NCBI GenBank assembly: GCA_018920185.1
Contig: JAHLMT010000001.1
Coordinates: 9,875 to 73,874 of the forward strand
DNA: 64,000 bases
DNA from: Candidatus Aenigmatarchaeota archaeon
GTDB taxonomy: Archaea > Aenigmatarchaeota > Aenigmatarchaeia > CG10238-14 > SCSR01
Direction: 5' to 3'
Position 1 is the first letter of the stretch. Each line of letters opens with the position of its first letter. A program made the translations under genes and the position numbers. The notes under the pieces were generated by a model, which was not told where the DNA came from, did no database searches, and saw only the letters and a list, made by a program, of their open reading frames with translations. Below, piece after piece: positions 1-10,459 of this stretch.

Positions 1-93
1 AAAAAAAGATATCCATTCATGATGGTTATTCATTAAAAGAGTTTCTTAAAAAGATTTAATAATAAAATCTTTAAATTAATAATCGGTGATTGG

Positions 94-636
94 TTGGCAG
101 TTTTAGTTAAAGATGTGATGTCATCACCCGCTCTTACAATCGATATTAATAAAACAGCTCGGGATGCAGGGAAGTTAATGCGAAAGCATAGAAGAGGATT
201 TCTTATAGTTACAGAAAAAACCAAACCCGTAGGCGTAATATCTGAAAGTGATTTGATAGAAGAAGTTGTTTGTAAAAATATCAGATCCGATAAAGTAAAA
301 TTAAAGAATTTAATGCACGAACCTATAATCGCGGTTGGTCCAGAAGATACTATCTTGACCGCATCTAGAAAAATGAAAGAAAACAACATACACAGATTAC
401 CTGTTATAGAAAATGGTAAAGTCATAGGCGTAATATCTTTAACTGATATAGCAAGAACTTCACCAGAAATGCTAGACTTACTTGAGTACAGACTTAAAAT
501 GAAAGAAAAGCCTTTTGAAATAAAGGAGAAAACGACTATTGGAATATGTGATTCGTGTGATAATTACTCGGATGATCTTAGAATTGTAGATGACCAATGG
601 CTTTGTGAAGATTGTAGAGAAGAAAGTGAATTATGA
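94..636 (+). CDS. CBS-domain pair protein with C-terminal CxxC..CxxC zinc ribbon
   Basis: Two CBS repeats (VGVISESDL, IGVISLTDI), GICDSC...LCEDC tail; TTG start 4 nt after GGTGA. Confidence 0.85.
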   Translation: MAVLVKDVMSSPALTIDINKTARDAGKLMRKHRRGFLIVTEKTKPVGVISESDLIEEVVCKNIRSDKVKLKNLMHEPIIAVGPEDTILTASRKMKENNIHRLPVIENGKVIGVISLTDIARTSPEMLDLLEYRLKMKEKPFEIKEKTTIGICDSCDNYSDDLRIVDDQWLCEDCREESEL

Positions 637-1415
637 TTAAGCTAGAAAGTGATATTAGTAATGAAAGCATTATAAATATAGCTAATTTATCACCGGCTTA
701 TGTATTTGATTTTGAAAATATTTCAAATACCGTCAAGACAATAATTTCATCAGGTCATAGAAGGATACCAGTTGTTTCTAAAAATAATAACTTAGTTGGA
801 ATTCTAACTTACATGGATATACTTGATGCTCTTTTAAGAGGTCTGACCAGAAATACACAAGTCTCAACATTTATGACAAGAGAAGTTATATTTTGTGAAT
901 CTACCGAAGACATCAAATTTGTTTTACAAAAGTTAAAATTATCTAGGCGCGGAGGTCTACCTGTTGTTAAAAATATGAAGTTAATCGGAATGGTAAGTGA
1001 GCGAGATTTTATTCGAATTCTTTTAAACCAATATTTTGATATTCCTGTAGGAAGAGTGATGACCCATAAACCGTTTTTTATTACGCCGAACACATCTATT
1101 TTAAACTGCATGAAAACAATGGTTAACACACATTACAGAAGACTACCCATAGTTAGTGGCAAAGAAGTTATCGGAATTGTTACAGGGTTGGATGTACTAC
1201 AGTTTATTAACGAAACAAATTATAATTTAACCAGACTGAATGAAAATGTGGAAAGTATAATGTCAACTCCTGTGAAATACGTCACAGAGCACGATGATGT
1301 ATCAGATGCTATAAGAATAATGTTAGAGAATAATATCGGCGGTTTACCTGTAATAAATGAAGAAAACATGCTTAAAGGTATAATTACTGAAAGGGATATA
1401 ATAGAATTGATCTGA
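633..1415 (+). CDS. Four-CBS-domain protein
   Basis: Repeated RRIPVV/GGLPVV...GI(I/V)T/SERD motifs. Confidence 0.85.
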   Translation: MIKLESDISNESIINIANLSPAYVFDFENISNTVKTIISSGHRRIPVVSKNNNLVGILTYMDILDALLRGLTRNTQVSTFMTREVIFCESTEDIKFVLQKLKLSRRGGLPVVKNMKLIGMVSERDFIRILLNQYFDIPVGRVMTHKPFFITPNTSILNCMKTMVNTHYRRLPIVSGKEVIGIVTGLDVLQFINETNYNLTRLNENVESIMSTPVKYVTEHDDVSDAIRIMLENNIGGLPVINEENMLKGIITERDIIELI

Positions 1416-1418
1416 ATT

Positions 1419-1763
1419 ATGTTCGAGGAGCATCAAAAAAAGTTTCTATCGGATATACAAAAAAGTAACGTCCTTCTTCTCGTAGAAGGTAAGAAAGATT
1501 ATGAAGCTTTGAAAAAAGCGGGTATCGATAATATATTTGAAATTTCGGGGAGACAACTCGAAAAAATAGCTGATCTTATTAAAACCACATGTACCCGAGT
1601 TGCAGTCCTAACAGACTTTGATAGAGAAGGTATAAAGCAATATAAAAGGCTGAAAAAATTGCTTCTTTCAAATGAAGTAAAAATAGACGATGATATACGC
1701 AGAAAATTTAAACACATTTTTCATGTGAATAAAATAGAAGAATTGAATGGTTACTTTAAATAA
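1419..1763 (+). CDS. Small TOPRIM-domain protein
   Basis: VEGKKD and LTDFDREG motifs. Confidence 0.85.
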   Translation: MFEEHQKKFLSDIQKSNVLLLVEGKKDYEALKKAGIDNIFEISGRQLEKIADLIKTTCTRVAVLTDFDREGIKQYKRLKKLLLSNEVKIDDDIRRKFKHIFHVNKIEELNGYFK

Positions 1764-2281
1764 CTTTTGTGTAAGATTGTATAAATAGGGCCGGTTCTTG
1801 TTAATACACTTTCAATTAAACATATACTATCAACTTTTACGGATGTTTCTTTACAAACCATTTTTGATATACCTTTAATAAAAAGTGGTTTATTTTCAAT
1901 TGTTTTCACCCTCGCTAGTGTTACATGTGTGGGGTTGCTCTCCCCGTCTACAGTTTTTACAATTTCTTTTCTGATAGACTCTAAAATATCACTTTTTACT
2001 TCTAAGGCTATAACTCGTGTAAATTTTTCATTTGGTATCAGAATTATATTTCCAAGAATAAGCTCAAATTTTGTATATCTTTCGGATATTTTGTCAAGAA
2101 CAGATTTGATTGCTTCAAGTTCATCTCTTTCAACATTGTTGAGAAATGACAAACTTATGTGAAGATTCTCAGGTTCGACAAATTTTGCTTTAAGTTGTAA
2201 AGCCTCTAATTGTCTTTGCAAACTTACTAAATACTCTTTAACATCTTCGGGGAAAAATATTCCTATGAACGCCCTTACCAT
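1751..2281 (-). CDS. thpR: RNA 2',3'-cyclic phosphodiesterase (2H family)
   Basis: HISL and HVTL 2H motifs; start reassigned to MVRAFIGI at 2281. Confidence 0.85.
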   Translation of the reverse strand: MVRAFIGIFFPEDVKEYLVSLQRQLEALQLKAKFVEPENLHISLSFLNNVERDELEAIKSVLDKISERYTKFELILGNIILIPNEKFTRVIALEVKSDILESIRKEIVKTVDGESNPTHVTLARVKTIENKPLFIKGISKMVCKETSVKVDSICLIESVLTRTGPIYTILHKSYLK

Positions 2282-2323
2282 AAAACTTATTAAATTTAAT
2301 AAACTAATTATATCTAGAGTTCT

Positions 2324-2587
2324 ATGGGAGAAACGCGAATAAGAGCCGGAGACGTGGTTGGTAAGACGATAATAAGTGAAGAAACTGGACGAAAATTTGG
2401 GGTTGTTACTAACATAGACTTTGTTACAGAAAGCGGTGAATTGATGAATATTATTGTCGATCAACCTACCAAACATTTATTGGAGTTGAATCTTAAAACA
2501 GACGAGAAAGGAAGATTATTGATACCATTCAGTTCTGTTAAATCTATAGGCGATTTCGTCATTATTAGTGAAAATGAACTTATTTAA
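2324..2587 (+). CDS. PRC-barrel domain protein
   Basis: GKTIIS..G..FG.V...IPFSSVKSIGDFVII pattern. Confidence 0.8.
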   Translation: MGETRIRAGDVVGKTIISEETGRKFGVVTNIDFVTESGELMNIIVDQPTKHLLELNLKTDEKGRLLIPFSSVKSIGDFVIISENELI

Positions 2588-3561
2588 AACCAATTTATTT
2601 TTATTTCGTCTATCCTCCATCTTGGGTTAATTTTATCTTTTAGATTCGAAGACCACCCAGACTTATAAGATAAAAGTCCAACCCAACTTATCATTGCACC
2701 TTGATCTCCAGAATACTCGTGTGGTACAACATATAGCTTGCCACCTCTCTCTCCCACCATTACATCAAACATATTCTGTAATCTTTTGTTGGCTGCCACA
2801 CCACCAACTAATAGAACTTCGTTCTTTCCTGTGTGAGCAAGAGCCCTCTCAGTTACTTCTACAACCATCGAAAAACATGTTTCTTGTACGCTGTAGCAAA
2901 TGTCTTCCTTAGGAATACCCCGTTTGAGCTTATTAATAGCAGCCGTTAATGTACCAGAAAAGGACAAATCACACCCTTTTACAGTATATGGAAGTTCTAC
3001 AAAATTTCCTTTCAAAGCAAGCTTTTCTATATATGGTCCACCAGGCGAAGATAAACCTATTTCCCTCGCTAACATATCGACAACATTACCCAAGGTAATA
3101 TTCTCAGTTTCGCCAAAGATTTTGTAATAACCTTCGGTGTATCCAATAATAGCTGTATGTCCACCAGAGAGATATACAATGATCGGGTCCTTTGCACCTG
3201 TTGTTAGTCGACCAATTTCAATGTGACCCACTCCATGATGAACAGGAACCAATGGTTTGTTGTAATCTGTTGAAATTTTTTCGGCAAAATTTGCGGTTAC
3301 AAGCAAACAAGGCGCCAATCCAGGACCAGCAGAGTATGCTATCACATCAATATCCCTCATAGTTATATCTGCTTTTTCTAAGCTTCTTCTTAAAATTTCT
3401 TCTTTCACTTTACTATGATGTTCAGCAGCATCTGTAGGAATAATGCCCTTACCCAATGGGGCAATGTATGAGGATTTTTCATTTGATAAAATTTCGCCTT
3501 TTTCATTTACTATTCCACAACCGAAAGTGTGCGCAGTTCCCTCCAGACCAAGTGATATCAT
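2584..3561 (-). CDS. kae1: KEOPS t6A synthase Kae1
   Basis: GLEGTAHT, HxxxHIE, YLSGGHT, GGVAAN motifs. Confidence 0.95.
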   Translation of the reverse strand: MISLGLEGTAHTFGCGIVNEKGEILSNEKSSYIAPLGKGIIPTDAAEHHSKVKEEILRRSLEKADITMRDIDVIAYSAGPGLAPCLLVTANFAEKISTDYNKPLVPVHHGVGHIEIGRLTTGAKDPIIVYLSGGHTAIIGYTEGYYKIFGETENITLGNVVDMLAREIGLSSPGGPYIEKLALKGNFVELPYTVKGCDLSFSGTLTAAINKLKRGIPKEDICYSVQETCFSMVVEVTERALAHTGKNEVLLVGGVAANKRLQNMFDVMVGERGGKLYVVPHEYSGDQGAMISWVGLLSYKSGWSSNLKDKINPRWRIDEIKINWF

Positions 3562-3611
3562 TTCTACTCACTATGTATAAAACAAAAATATTATAAATAG
3601 ACATTCTATTC

Positions 3612-5804
3612 ATGAAAGTTGATGAATTAACAGAGTATGGTATGCCAGAAAAGTATGTTGTAAAATTGAAAGAAGAAAAAATTTCGGAGCTATATCCTCC
3701 ACAAGCAGAGGTAATTAAAAAGGGTTTATTTAAAAAAAGAAATCTCATACTCTCACTACCGACGGCTAGTGGTAAGACATTGATTGCTACAATAGCGATG
3801 ATCCACAATCTTTTGGAGAAAAGGCAATCTAAGGTTGTTTATATTGCTCCTCTTGTTGCCTTAGCTAGTGAAAAGTACCAATACTTTAAAAATTTCTTCG
3901 GTAAAGATTTCAAAGTAGCTATAAGCGTCGGCGATTTAGATTCTTCTGACCCGTGGTTAGCAGACTATGATATTATTTGTGTTACAACAGAAAAATTAGA
4001 TAGTTTGTTACGTCACAATGTTGCTTGGGTAAATAAGATAGGTTTAATTATAGTTGATGAAATACACGTACTTAATGATTCTTCCCGTGGTCCTACATTA
4101 GAAATCTTATTAACAAAACTAAGGAGAATAGTTCCGAATGCACAAATATTGGGTCTATCAGCTACAATAAATAATGCTGGCGAGTTAGCAAAGTGGCTTA
4201 ATGCTACATTAGTATCGAGTAATTTCAGGCCGATTAAACTATACGAAGGTGTATTTTTTGATTCGAAAATTCAATTTGATGAAAAAGAAGGGTATGTCCT
4301 AAACAATTCTGAAGATCAAGAAAATGCAATAGTAGAAAACACACTAGACATGAATAAACAAGCTTTGATATTTACCTCGACAAGGAAGAACGCAGAAAGT
4401 CTAGCAGAGAAATTGTGTAAAACCGTGAGTTTAAAACTCAAATATGAAGAACGTTCTCAATTAAAATCTTTAGCAAATGATATAGAACATGTTTTAGAAT
4501 ATCCTACACAACAGTGTAAGAAAATAGCGAAGTGTATTAGAAGTGGAGTTGCATTTCACCATGCAGGATTATTAAGTGAACAGAAAAAATTAATTGAAAA
4601 TAATTTTAGGAATGGTCTAATAAAAATAATCGTCGCAACCCCAACTTTATCGATGGGTGTTAATCTTCCAGCGTTTAGAGTAATAATTAGAGATGCCAAA
4701 CGTTATCATCCGGGATTTGGTGCAATCTATATACCGGTTTTAGAATATAAACAATTTGTCGGGCGGGCTGGCAGACCTTCTTATGACAAATTCGGCGAAT
4801 CTATTTTACTAGCTAAATCGGAAGATGAAGCAAGGGATTTAATACAACATTATATATACGGTCAACTAGAGGATATCACATCCAAACTTGCATTAGAACC
4901 AGTGTTAAGAATGCATACATTAAGTTTAATAGCTAGTGAGTTCTGTAATTCTGAAGAAGAAATTTTCGAATTTTTCAGCAAAACTTTTTATGCTTTCCAT
5001 TACGGCGATATAGAGCTTGTAAAAGGAAAAATATACGATATTATTGAACAACTTTTAGAATGGAAATTGATAAAGAAAAGCGGAAACAAGATAAATGCAA
5101 CTAGAATAGGTAAAAGAGTTTCAGAGCTATACATCGACCCATTAACTGCTCATAAATTTTTAGAAGCATTGAATTTTCGAAAGGATAGACAGATTGAAGA
5201 ATTTAGTTTTCTACAACTTATTTCAAACACTTTGGAAATGAAACCTTTGTTATCTGTTAGAGATTCTGAAATAGTGAATATAGAACAAATAATATTACAA
5301 AGAAGCAGACAAATTTTACAAGACATACCAGAAGAATATGATTTTGAGTTTGAAAATTTCTTAGAATCTATAAAAACAGCTTCGATGCTTGAAAGTTGGA
5401 TTAACGAAGCCACAGAAGATCAAATTCTCACTAAATTCAAAGTTACACCCGGCGAATTATACAACAAATTACAGATTGTTGATTGGTTGATGTACAGCTT
5501 GTATGAGTTAGCTCTCCTAAGTGGACACAAAGAACTCCTGAGACCTTTAAGAAAATTGAGAATAAGACTCAAGTACGGTATTAGAGAAGAATTGATACCA
5601 CTTGTAAAATTAAAAGGAATAGGGAGAACAAGAGCTCGAAGATTATTTAACAAAGGTTTAGATTCTCTTGAGAAATTGGAAAAGATCTCATTAGAGAGAC
5701 TATCAGAAATTATAGGTGTAAAAATAGCAAATGAAATTAAAAATCAGCTGGAAAATAAAACTGAAAAATTAAAAGAGAAGCAAATCACACTAAAGAAATT
5801 TTAG
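3612..5804 (+). CDS. hel308: Ski2-like DNA helicase Hel308
   Basis: PTASGKT, DEIH, SAT, FHHAGL, GRAGRP, C-terminal HhH with RARRL. Confidence 0.93.
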   Translation: MKVDELTEYGMPEKYVVKLKEEKISELYPPQAEVIKKGLFKKRNLILSLPTASGKTLIATIAMIHNLLEKRQSKVVYIAPLVALASEKYQYFKNFFGKDFKVAISVGDLDSSDPWLADYDIICVTTEKLDSLLRHNVAWVNKIGLIIVDEIHVLNDSSRGPTLEILLTKLRRIVPNAQILGLSATINNAGELAKWLNATLVSSNFRPIKLYEGVFFDSKIQFDEKEGYVLNNSEDQENAIVENTLDMNKQALIFTSTRKNAESLAEKLCKTVSLKLKYEERSQLKSLANDIEHVLEYPTQQCKKIAKCIRSGVAFHHAGLLSEQKKLIENNFRNGLIKIIVATPTLSMGVNLPAFRVIIRDAKRYHPGFGAIYIPVLEYKQFVGRAGRPSYDKFGESILLAKSEDEARDLIQHYIYGQLEDITSKLALEPVLRMHTLSLIASEFCNSEEEIFEFFSKTFYAFHYGDIELVKGKIYDIIEQLLEWKLIKKSGNKINATRIGKRVSELYIDPLTAHKFLEALNFRKDRQIEEFSFLQLISNTLEMKPLLSVRDSEIVNIEQIILQRSRQILQDIPEEYDFEFENFLESIKTASMLESWINEATEDQILTKFKVTPGELYNKLQIVDWLMYSLYELALLSGHKELLRPLRKLRIRLKYGIREELIPLVKLKGIGRTRARRLFNKGLDSLEKLEKISLERLSEIIGVKIANEIKNQLENKTEKLKEKQITLKKF

Positions 5805-5835
5805 TAGCTTTATCATTGGATAATTTTAGGTCTAA

Positions 5836-5920
5836 TGGGGTCGCTGGGATTTGAACCCAGATTTCTACCATTTTCGTCTTTCCCGAAGGTAGTATCCTAA
5901 CCAAGTTAGATGACAACCCC
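5836..5920 (-). tRNA. tRNA-Pro(CGG) with 11-nt canonical intron (5871-5881)
   Basis: GGGGTTG/CGACCCC acceptor, CTACC/GGTAG anticodon stem, TTCAAAT T-loop; central helix TTCG/CGAA. Confidence 0.9.
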
Positions 5921-6004
5921 CATACACAAATTTAAAACATATTTCCAATACCATTTATCGAATTTTTAAAGTTTTACCGCACAACTGTAACAGAATTAGT
6001 TATT

Positions 6005-6757
6005 TTATTCCAACTTTCTCGCGAAAGTTAGCCAACCAGTGTGCATCAATCCCATAGATTTAGGTCTCGTGGTTCTCTCAGTTTGCCACTCTCTTACAAT
6101 ATTCTCAATAGTTTTTACTTCAGAAAATCCTCTTTTTCTAATCTCTTTTGTAACTTTTATCACTTCCTCTATTGTAGGAGAATAAACAACTAACCACCCA
6201 CCAGTTTTCAGGGATTTGTAAGCATGCTTAATTAACTTTTCGGGATGTTGCAAATCTAATGTTATTAAATCGACGTTTCTTTCTGATATACCACCTGACA
6301 CGTCTTTTTGTTTCATTTGTATATTTTTAAGACCAGATAATTTTATATTCTCTCCAGCAATTTTAATGAATCTCTTATCTTTTTCATAAGTTATAACCTT
6401 TCCTTTGGATAAATAATTTGCAAGAAAGATGGCAAGATATGCAGAACCAGTACCAATATCTACTACTAAACTATCCGAGGATATGCCAGTATATCCAAGT
6501 ATAAGACTAGCATCTTTAGGCAAAATTACTTGTGCCGTTCTAGTTAAGCATTTTTCAAATAAATCTAAAACCGAAGGTTTAACAATTACAAACTCTTTCC
6601 CAAGATGTGTTTTAATTTTTGAACCATAATTTTTTCCAATCAATCTACTTAGATTAATCATTCCACTTCTGCCATTAAAAATTTTTTTAGAAACACTTAC
6701 AACATAAGACTCGTCTTTACTTAATAATAAGACCTTATCGTTTAGCTTAATTTTCAT
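6005..6757 (-). CDS. trmI: tRNA (adenine-N1)-methyltransferase TrmI/Gcd14
   Basis: QVILPKD, GTGS SAM motif, LDL..P, HTGWLTFARK. Confidence 0.92.
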   Translation of the reverse strand: MKIKLNDKVLLLSKDESYVVSVSKKIFNGRSGMINLSRLIGKNYGSKIKTHLGKEFVIVKPSVLDLFEKCLTRTAQVILPKDASLILGYTGISSDSLVVDIGTGSAYLAIFLANYLSKGKVITYEKDKRFIKIAGENIKLSGLKNIQMKQKDVSGGISERNVDLITLDLQHPEKLIKHAYKSLKTGGWLVVYSPTIEEVIKVTKEIRKRGFSEVKTIENIVREWQTERTTRPKSMGLMHTGWLTFARKLE

Positions 6758-6758
6758 A

Positions 6759-7598
6759 TCATTTTAGTTCTCTTGCTAATTCTTTTAACTTTTGTATTCG
6801 TACATCAACCGGAGGATGGGTCTGAAACAGGTTTAATAATAAATCTCTTTTAAATGGATTAACTATCCACAAATGTGCAGTGGCGCTGTTACCAATAATT
6901 GGGTGTTGTCTGGCAATTTTAGAAATCTTTTCTAATGCTGCTGCAAGGTCGAGTGGTTTCTTAGATATTATAGCACCCGTTCTATCCGCTGCAAATTCCC
7001 TTGTTCTAGTGATTGCCAATTGAATTAACATGGCAGCTATAGGAGCTAATAAAACTAAAGGTAAAAAGAGCAAACCACCACCTTGTCGTCTATTATTGCC
7101 TGTTAAAAGACTGTACCACGCGATTTGGGCAATGTAAGCAATAGCTCCTGCTATAGTCGCGGCAATAGTTGACGTGAGCGTATCTCTGTTTTTAATATGC
7201 GCGAGTTCATGTGACATAACACCTTCTATCTCATTCCAGTTAAGATGTTTTAGCAATCCAGACGTCACCGCAACAGCAGAATTATTGTAATTTCTACCTG
7301 TTGCAAACGCATTTAATATCGGTAGATCTACAAGGTAAACTTTAGGTTTAGGTATTTTCATCTCTTTTGATAACTTCTCTATAATTTCGTGCAATTTAGG
7401 TTCGGCGGATTTCTGAATTGGTCTAGCTCTATACATAGCCAAAACTATCTTGTCAGAAAACCAATATGATAAGAAATTCATTACAAAAGCTATTATTAAG
7501 AAGATGGTCATCCCAAACATTCCTTGCCACAGCCAGCCGATGGTGAGTAATAAACCTGTTAATAATCCTAGCAGCAAAGCTGTTCTCAAATAAGACAT
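6759..7598 (-). CDS. htpX: M48 zinc metalloprotease HtpX
   Basis: NAFATGRN, HELAH, REFAAD, THPP; start reassigned to MSYLRTA. Confidence 0.93.
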   Translation of the reverse strand: MSYLRTALLLGLLTGLLLTIGWLWQGMFGMTIFLIIAFVMNFLSYWFSDKIVLAMYRARPIQKSAEPKLHEIIEKLSKEMKIPKPKVYLVDLPILNAFATGRNYNNSAVAVTSGLLKHLNWNEIEGVMSHELAHIKNRDTLTSTIAATIAGAIAYIAQIAWYSLLTGNNRRQGGGLLFLPLVLLAPIAAMLIQLAITRTREFAADRTGAIISKKPLDLAAALEKISKIARQHPIIGNSATAHLWIVNPFKRDLLLNLFQTHPPVDVRIQKLKELARELK

Positions 7599-7695
7599 AT
7601 TTTCTACTAAGTTTATTCTTTTTAAATGTTTTTGTATTGTTATAAATTCGTTTGCCAACCAAATTACTGTGACATAAATTATATTTTTCACTCTG

Positions 7696-7932
7696 TTAAT
7701 AACCTCTTCTCGCAAGAATAAGGAAAACTATTGCCAAAATTATAGAAATTGCTATTATTAGGTATAAAAGTTCTTTTCTGGTAGCAAATCCAAAAGGAAT
7801 AGGACCGATAAATCCTCCAAACGCAAAGCCAACTTTATCTTTTTTCGTAGCAGAAACTATACCACCTATTATTATTAAGATAATTCCAATCAAGACAACT
7901 ATAAAACCAATTGGTATCAATTGTTCAACCAT
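7696..7932 (-). CDS. Small membrane protein, DUF131/TIGR00304-like
   Basis: Two TM segments around GGFIGPIPFGF. Confidence 0.75.
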   Translation of the reverse strand: MVEQLIPIGFIVVLIGIILIIIGGIVSATKKDKVGFAFGGFIGPIPFGFATRKELLYLIIAISIILAIVFLILARRGY

Positions 7933-8818
7933 TTTTAATAACCTTTGGTATTTTTTCAATTAAATCCAATGGAGTCATTCCTTCCCCATAATCTTTGGCA
8001 GCTAATTCTCCAGCTCTGCCATTGATGTAAGCTGCTGTTTGTGCCGCTATAAATGTATCGATACCTCTAGCTAATAATGCTCCAGATATACCGGCTAGAG
8101 TATCGCCGCATCCTCCAACGCTCATAAAAGGTGAACCTGTTTTATTTAGGACAACTTCTTTCCCGTTAGATATCACATCAACATGCCCCTTAAGTACAAC
8201 TGTTGCTGGTGGAACAATTGGACAGATTTTGTTTAAAGAAGACCCACAGTTTATTTTGTATACTTCGTTCTTTACAACCTTTATCCTTTGTTTGACATCT
8301 GTTGTAACTTTAATGCCAGTTAATTCATGAAATTCGTCGGCATGTGGTAAAAGAATGCAATTTTTCATGTACAATTTTTCTTTAGCTGTTGATATTGCTC
8401 TAATTGCATCGGCATCTATAACTAGCGGCAAATTAATTTTTTCTATTAACTCAACGATTGATTTTCTTGTTTCTTCTTTTCGCCATAGGCCATTCCCGAT
8501 TACAACAGCTTTTGGTTTTATCTTTTCCATGAAGTCTAAAATTTTAGGAATGTGTTTTATTTCAAGTTGCTCCCCCTCTAATGGTCGAGTAATTAGAAGA
8601 GGCGAATAATTTGCTGTAACATCCATTGCTCTTTCTGGGCCAGTTAAAAAAACTAAATCACAACCAGCACGATAAGCAGCCATACCGACAAAAATCGGAG
8701 AGCCTGTGTTCCATTCATTACCAACAATACAAAACAATCTTCCAAATTGGCCTTTATGACACCAAGGGCTTCTTTTCTTGTAAACTTTTTTAAGAATAGA
8801 TTTAGATACGTATCTCAT
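7925..8818 (-). CDS. nnrD: ADP-dependent NAD(P)H-hydrate dehydratase (YjeF C-terminal family)
   Basis: HKGQFG, VIDADA, PHADEF, LKG, GGCGDTLAG. Confidence 0.88.
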   Translation of the reverse strand: MRYVSKSILKKVYKKRSPWCHKGQFGRLFCIVGNEWNTGSPIFVGMAAYRAGCDLVFLTGPERAMDVTANYSPLLITRPLEGEQLEIKHIPKILDFMEKIKPKAVVIGNGLWRKEETRKSIVELIEKINLPLVIDADAIRAISTAKEKLYMKNCILLPHADEFHELTGIKVTTDVKQRIKVVKNEVYKINCGSSLNKICPIVPPATVVLKGHVDVISNGKEVVLNKTGSPFMSVGGCGDTLAGISGALLARGIDTFIAAQTAAYINGRAGELAAKDYGEGMTPLDLIEKIPKVIKNG

Positions 8819-8849
8819 AATATAAAGTTAATTATTTTAAATTAAACAC

Positions 8850-9833
8850 ATGGCACTGTATAAAGTAAAGACTTTCATTGGAATATTCACGATCGATGAC
8901 AATAAGAAAGTAATTTCATTCAGCCCTTTCCCTAAAGACCCGATATTAGTTGCATCTAGATTAAAAGATGAAGTTGATGAAGCTCCTGAAGAAATTGAAA
9001 ATTTTTTGAAAGAAAATCTTTTGAGATATGCACTTGAATACAAGTTTGTTAAAAACCAGGCCGAATTTAATCAATTTCTAACAGAAGTAAATTCTGAAAT
9101 AGCAAAACAGAAAATAAAAGAAATCGTTAGTAGAGATGTTTTAATAATTCACACTAATAACGCAATTGAAGAATTAGATAAATCTATAAATATTTTTATC
9201 GAACGACTAAGAGAATGGTATTCCTTACATTTTCCTGAAATGGATAAAGTAATTGAAGATCATAAAACTTTTGCAAAATTAATAGAAAAATTTGGTAATA
9301 GAAAAGACATAGATGACAAAAGATTGAATCAATTTAAAGAAAAAAGTATGGGAATAGATTTCACGCAAGAAGATATAGAGACTGTAAAAGCTTTGGCAAC
9401 TACTATAATAAAACTCTATGAATTACGTGAAAGATTTTCAAATTATCTTAGTAAACTGCTAAAAGAAATAGCGCCTAATTTTTCTGTTATTGCTGGAGAT
9501 GTTGTTGCGGCTAAGCTTATTGCAAAAGCAGGTGGGTTAGAACGATTAGCTAGAATGCCCTCTTCGACTATACAATTACTTGGGGCTGAAAAAGCATTAT
9601 TCAGATTTCTTAAATCTAAGGAAAAATTCAAATCTCCAAAGTTTGGGCTTATTTATAATCATCCGCTGATAAAAAGTGCGCCGAAAGATAAACAAGGTAA
9701 GATAGCTCGTTTATTATCGTCTAAATTATCAATTGCTGCAAGAATTGATTACTACTCAAAAGAGTACAAAGCAGATAAAATGAAAAAAGAATTGGAAGAA
9801 AGAGTCAAAGAAGTTCTAGTGGCGAAAAAATGA
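8850..9833 (+). CDS. nop5: Box C/D RNP subunit Nop5 (Nop56/58)
   Basis: RLREWYSLHFPE, PSSTIQLLGAEKALFR, PKFG. Confidence 0.95.
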   Translation: MALYKVKTFIGIFTIDDNKKVISFSPFPKDPILVASRLKDEVDEAPEEIENFLKENLLRYALEYKFVKNQAEFNQFLTEVNSEIAKQKIKEIVSRDVLIIHTNNAIEELDKSINIFIERLREWYSLHFPEMDKVIEDHKTFAKLIEKFGNRKDIDDKRLNQFKEKSMGIDFTQEDIETVKALATTIIKLYELRERFSNYLSKLLKEIAPNFSVIAGDVVAAKLIAKAGGLERLARMPSSTIQLLGAEKALFRFLKSKEKFKSPKFGLIYNHPLIKSAPKDKQGKIARLLSSKLSIAARIDYYSKEYKADKMKKELEERVKEVLVAKK

Positions 9834-10429
9834 AAGTTGTTGGAATAGATTTAGCTGGCACATCAAAAAAGAAAACAGGTTTTTGTATTTTAGACGGAAA
9901 ATTAAATGTAAAAACTTCTGTTCTGACTACAGACAAAGAAATAATTAAAGAAACTGTAAAAGAAAATCCAGATATTATAAGTATAGATGCACCACTAGCA
10001 CTTCCGAAAGGTAGAGATTGTTTAAAGAAAACTTGTTCTTGTAGAAAATACGGACATCTTAGAAAATGTGATAGAGAATTATTGAACATGGGAATAAAAT
10101 TTTTCCCAATAACATTAGGACCAATGAGAAAGTTAACATTACGTGGTATAAAACTTCGTTGTAAGTTTGAAAAATTGGGATTTAAAGTAATTGAAAGTTA
10201 TCCGGGTGCTATACAAGATATTTTAAAAATTCCTAGGAAACAAAAAGGAATAGAAAAACTGAGGAAGGCTTTGATTAAGTACGGTTTTAGAGGTGATGTT
10301 TACAAAAAGGATATAACTGATGACGAATTAGACGCTATTACTTCTGCATTAGTTGGAAAAATGTATTTAGAAAATAAATATACGGCTATAGGCGACCCAG
10401 AAGAAATTTTAATGATTTTACCAAAATAG
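9830..10429 (+). CDS. DUF429 family predicted RNase H-like nuclease
   Basis: GIDLA, IDAPL, R.CDREL, IESYP, DELDA. Confidence 0.85.
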   Translation: MKVVGIDLAGTSKKKTGFCILDGKLNVKTSVLTTDKEIIKETVKENPDIISIDAPLALPKGRDCLKKTCSCRKYGHLRKCDRELLNMGIKFFPITLGPMRKLTLRGIKLRCKFEKLGFKVIESYPGAIQDILKIPRKQKGIEKLRKALIKYGFRGDVYKKDITDDELDAITSALVGKMYLENKYTAIGDPEEILMILPK

Positions 10430-10459
10430 TTTTTATTCGACTCTTAAAAACTAAATTAT

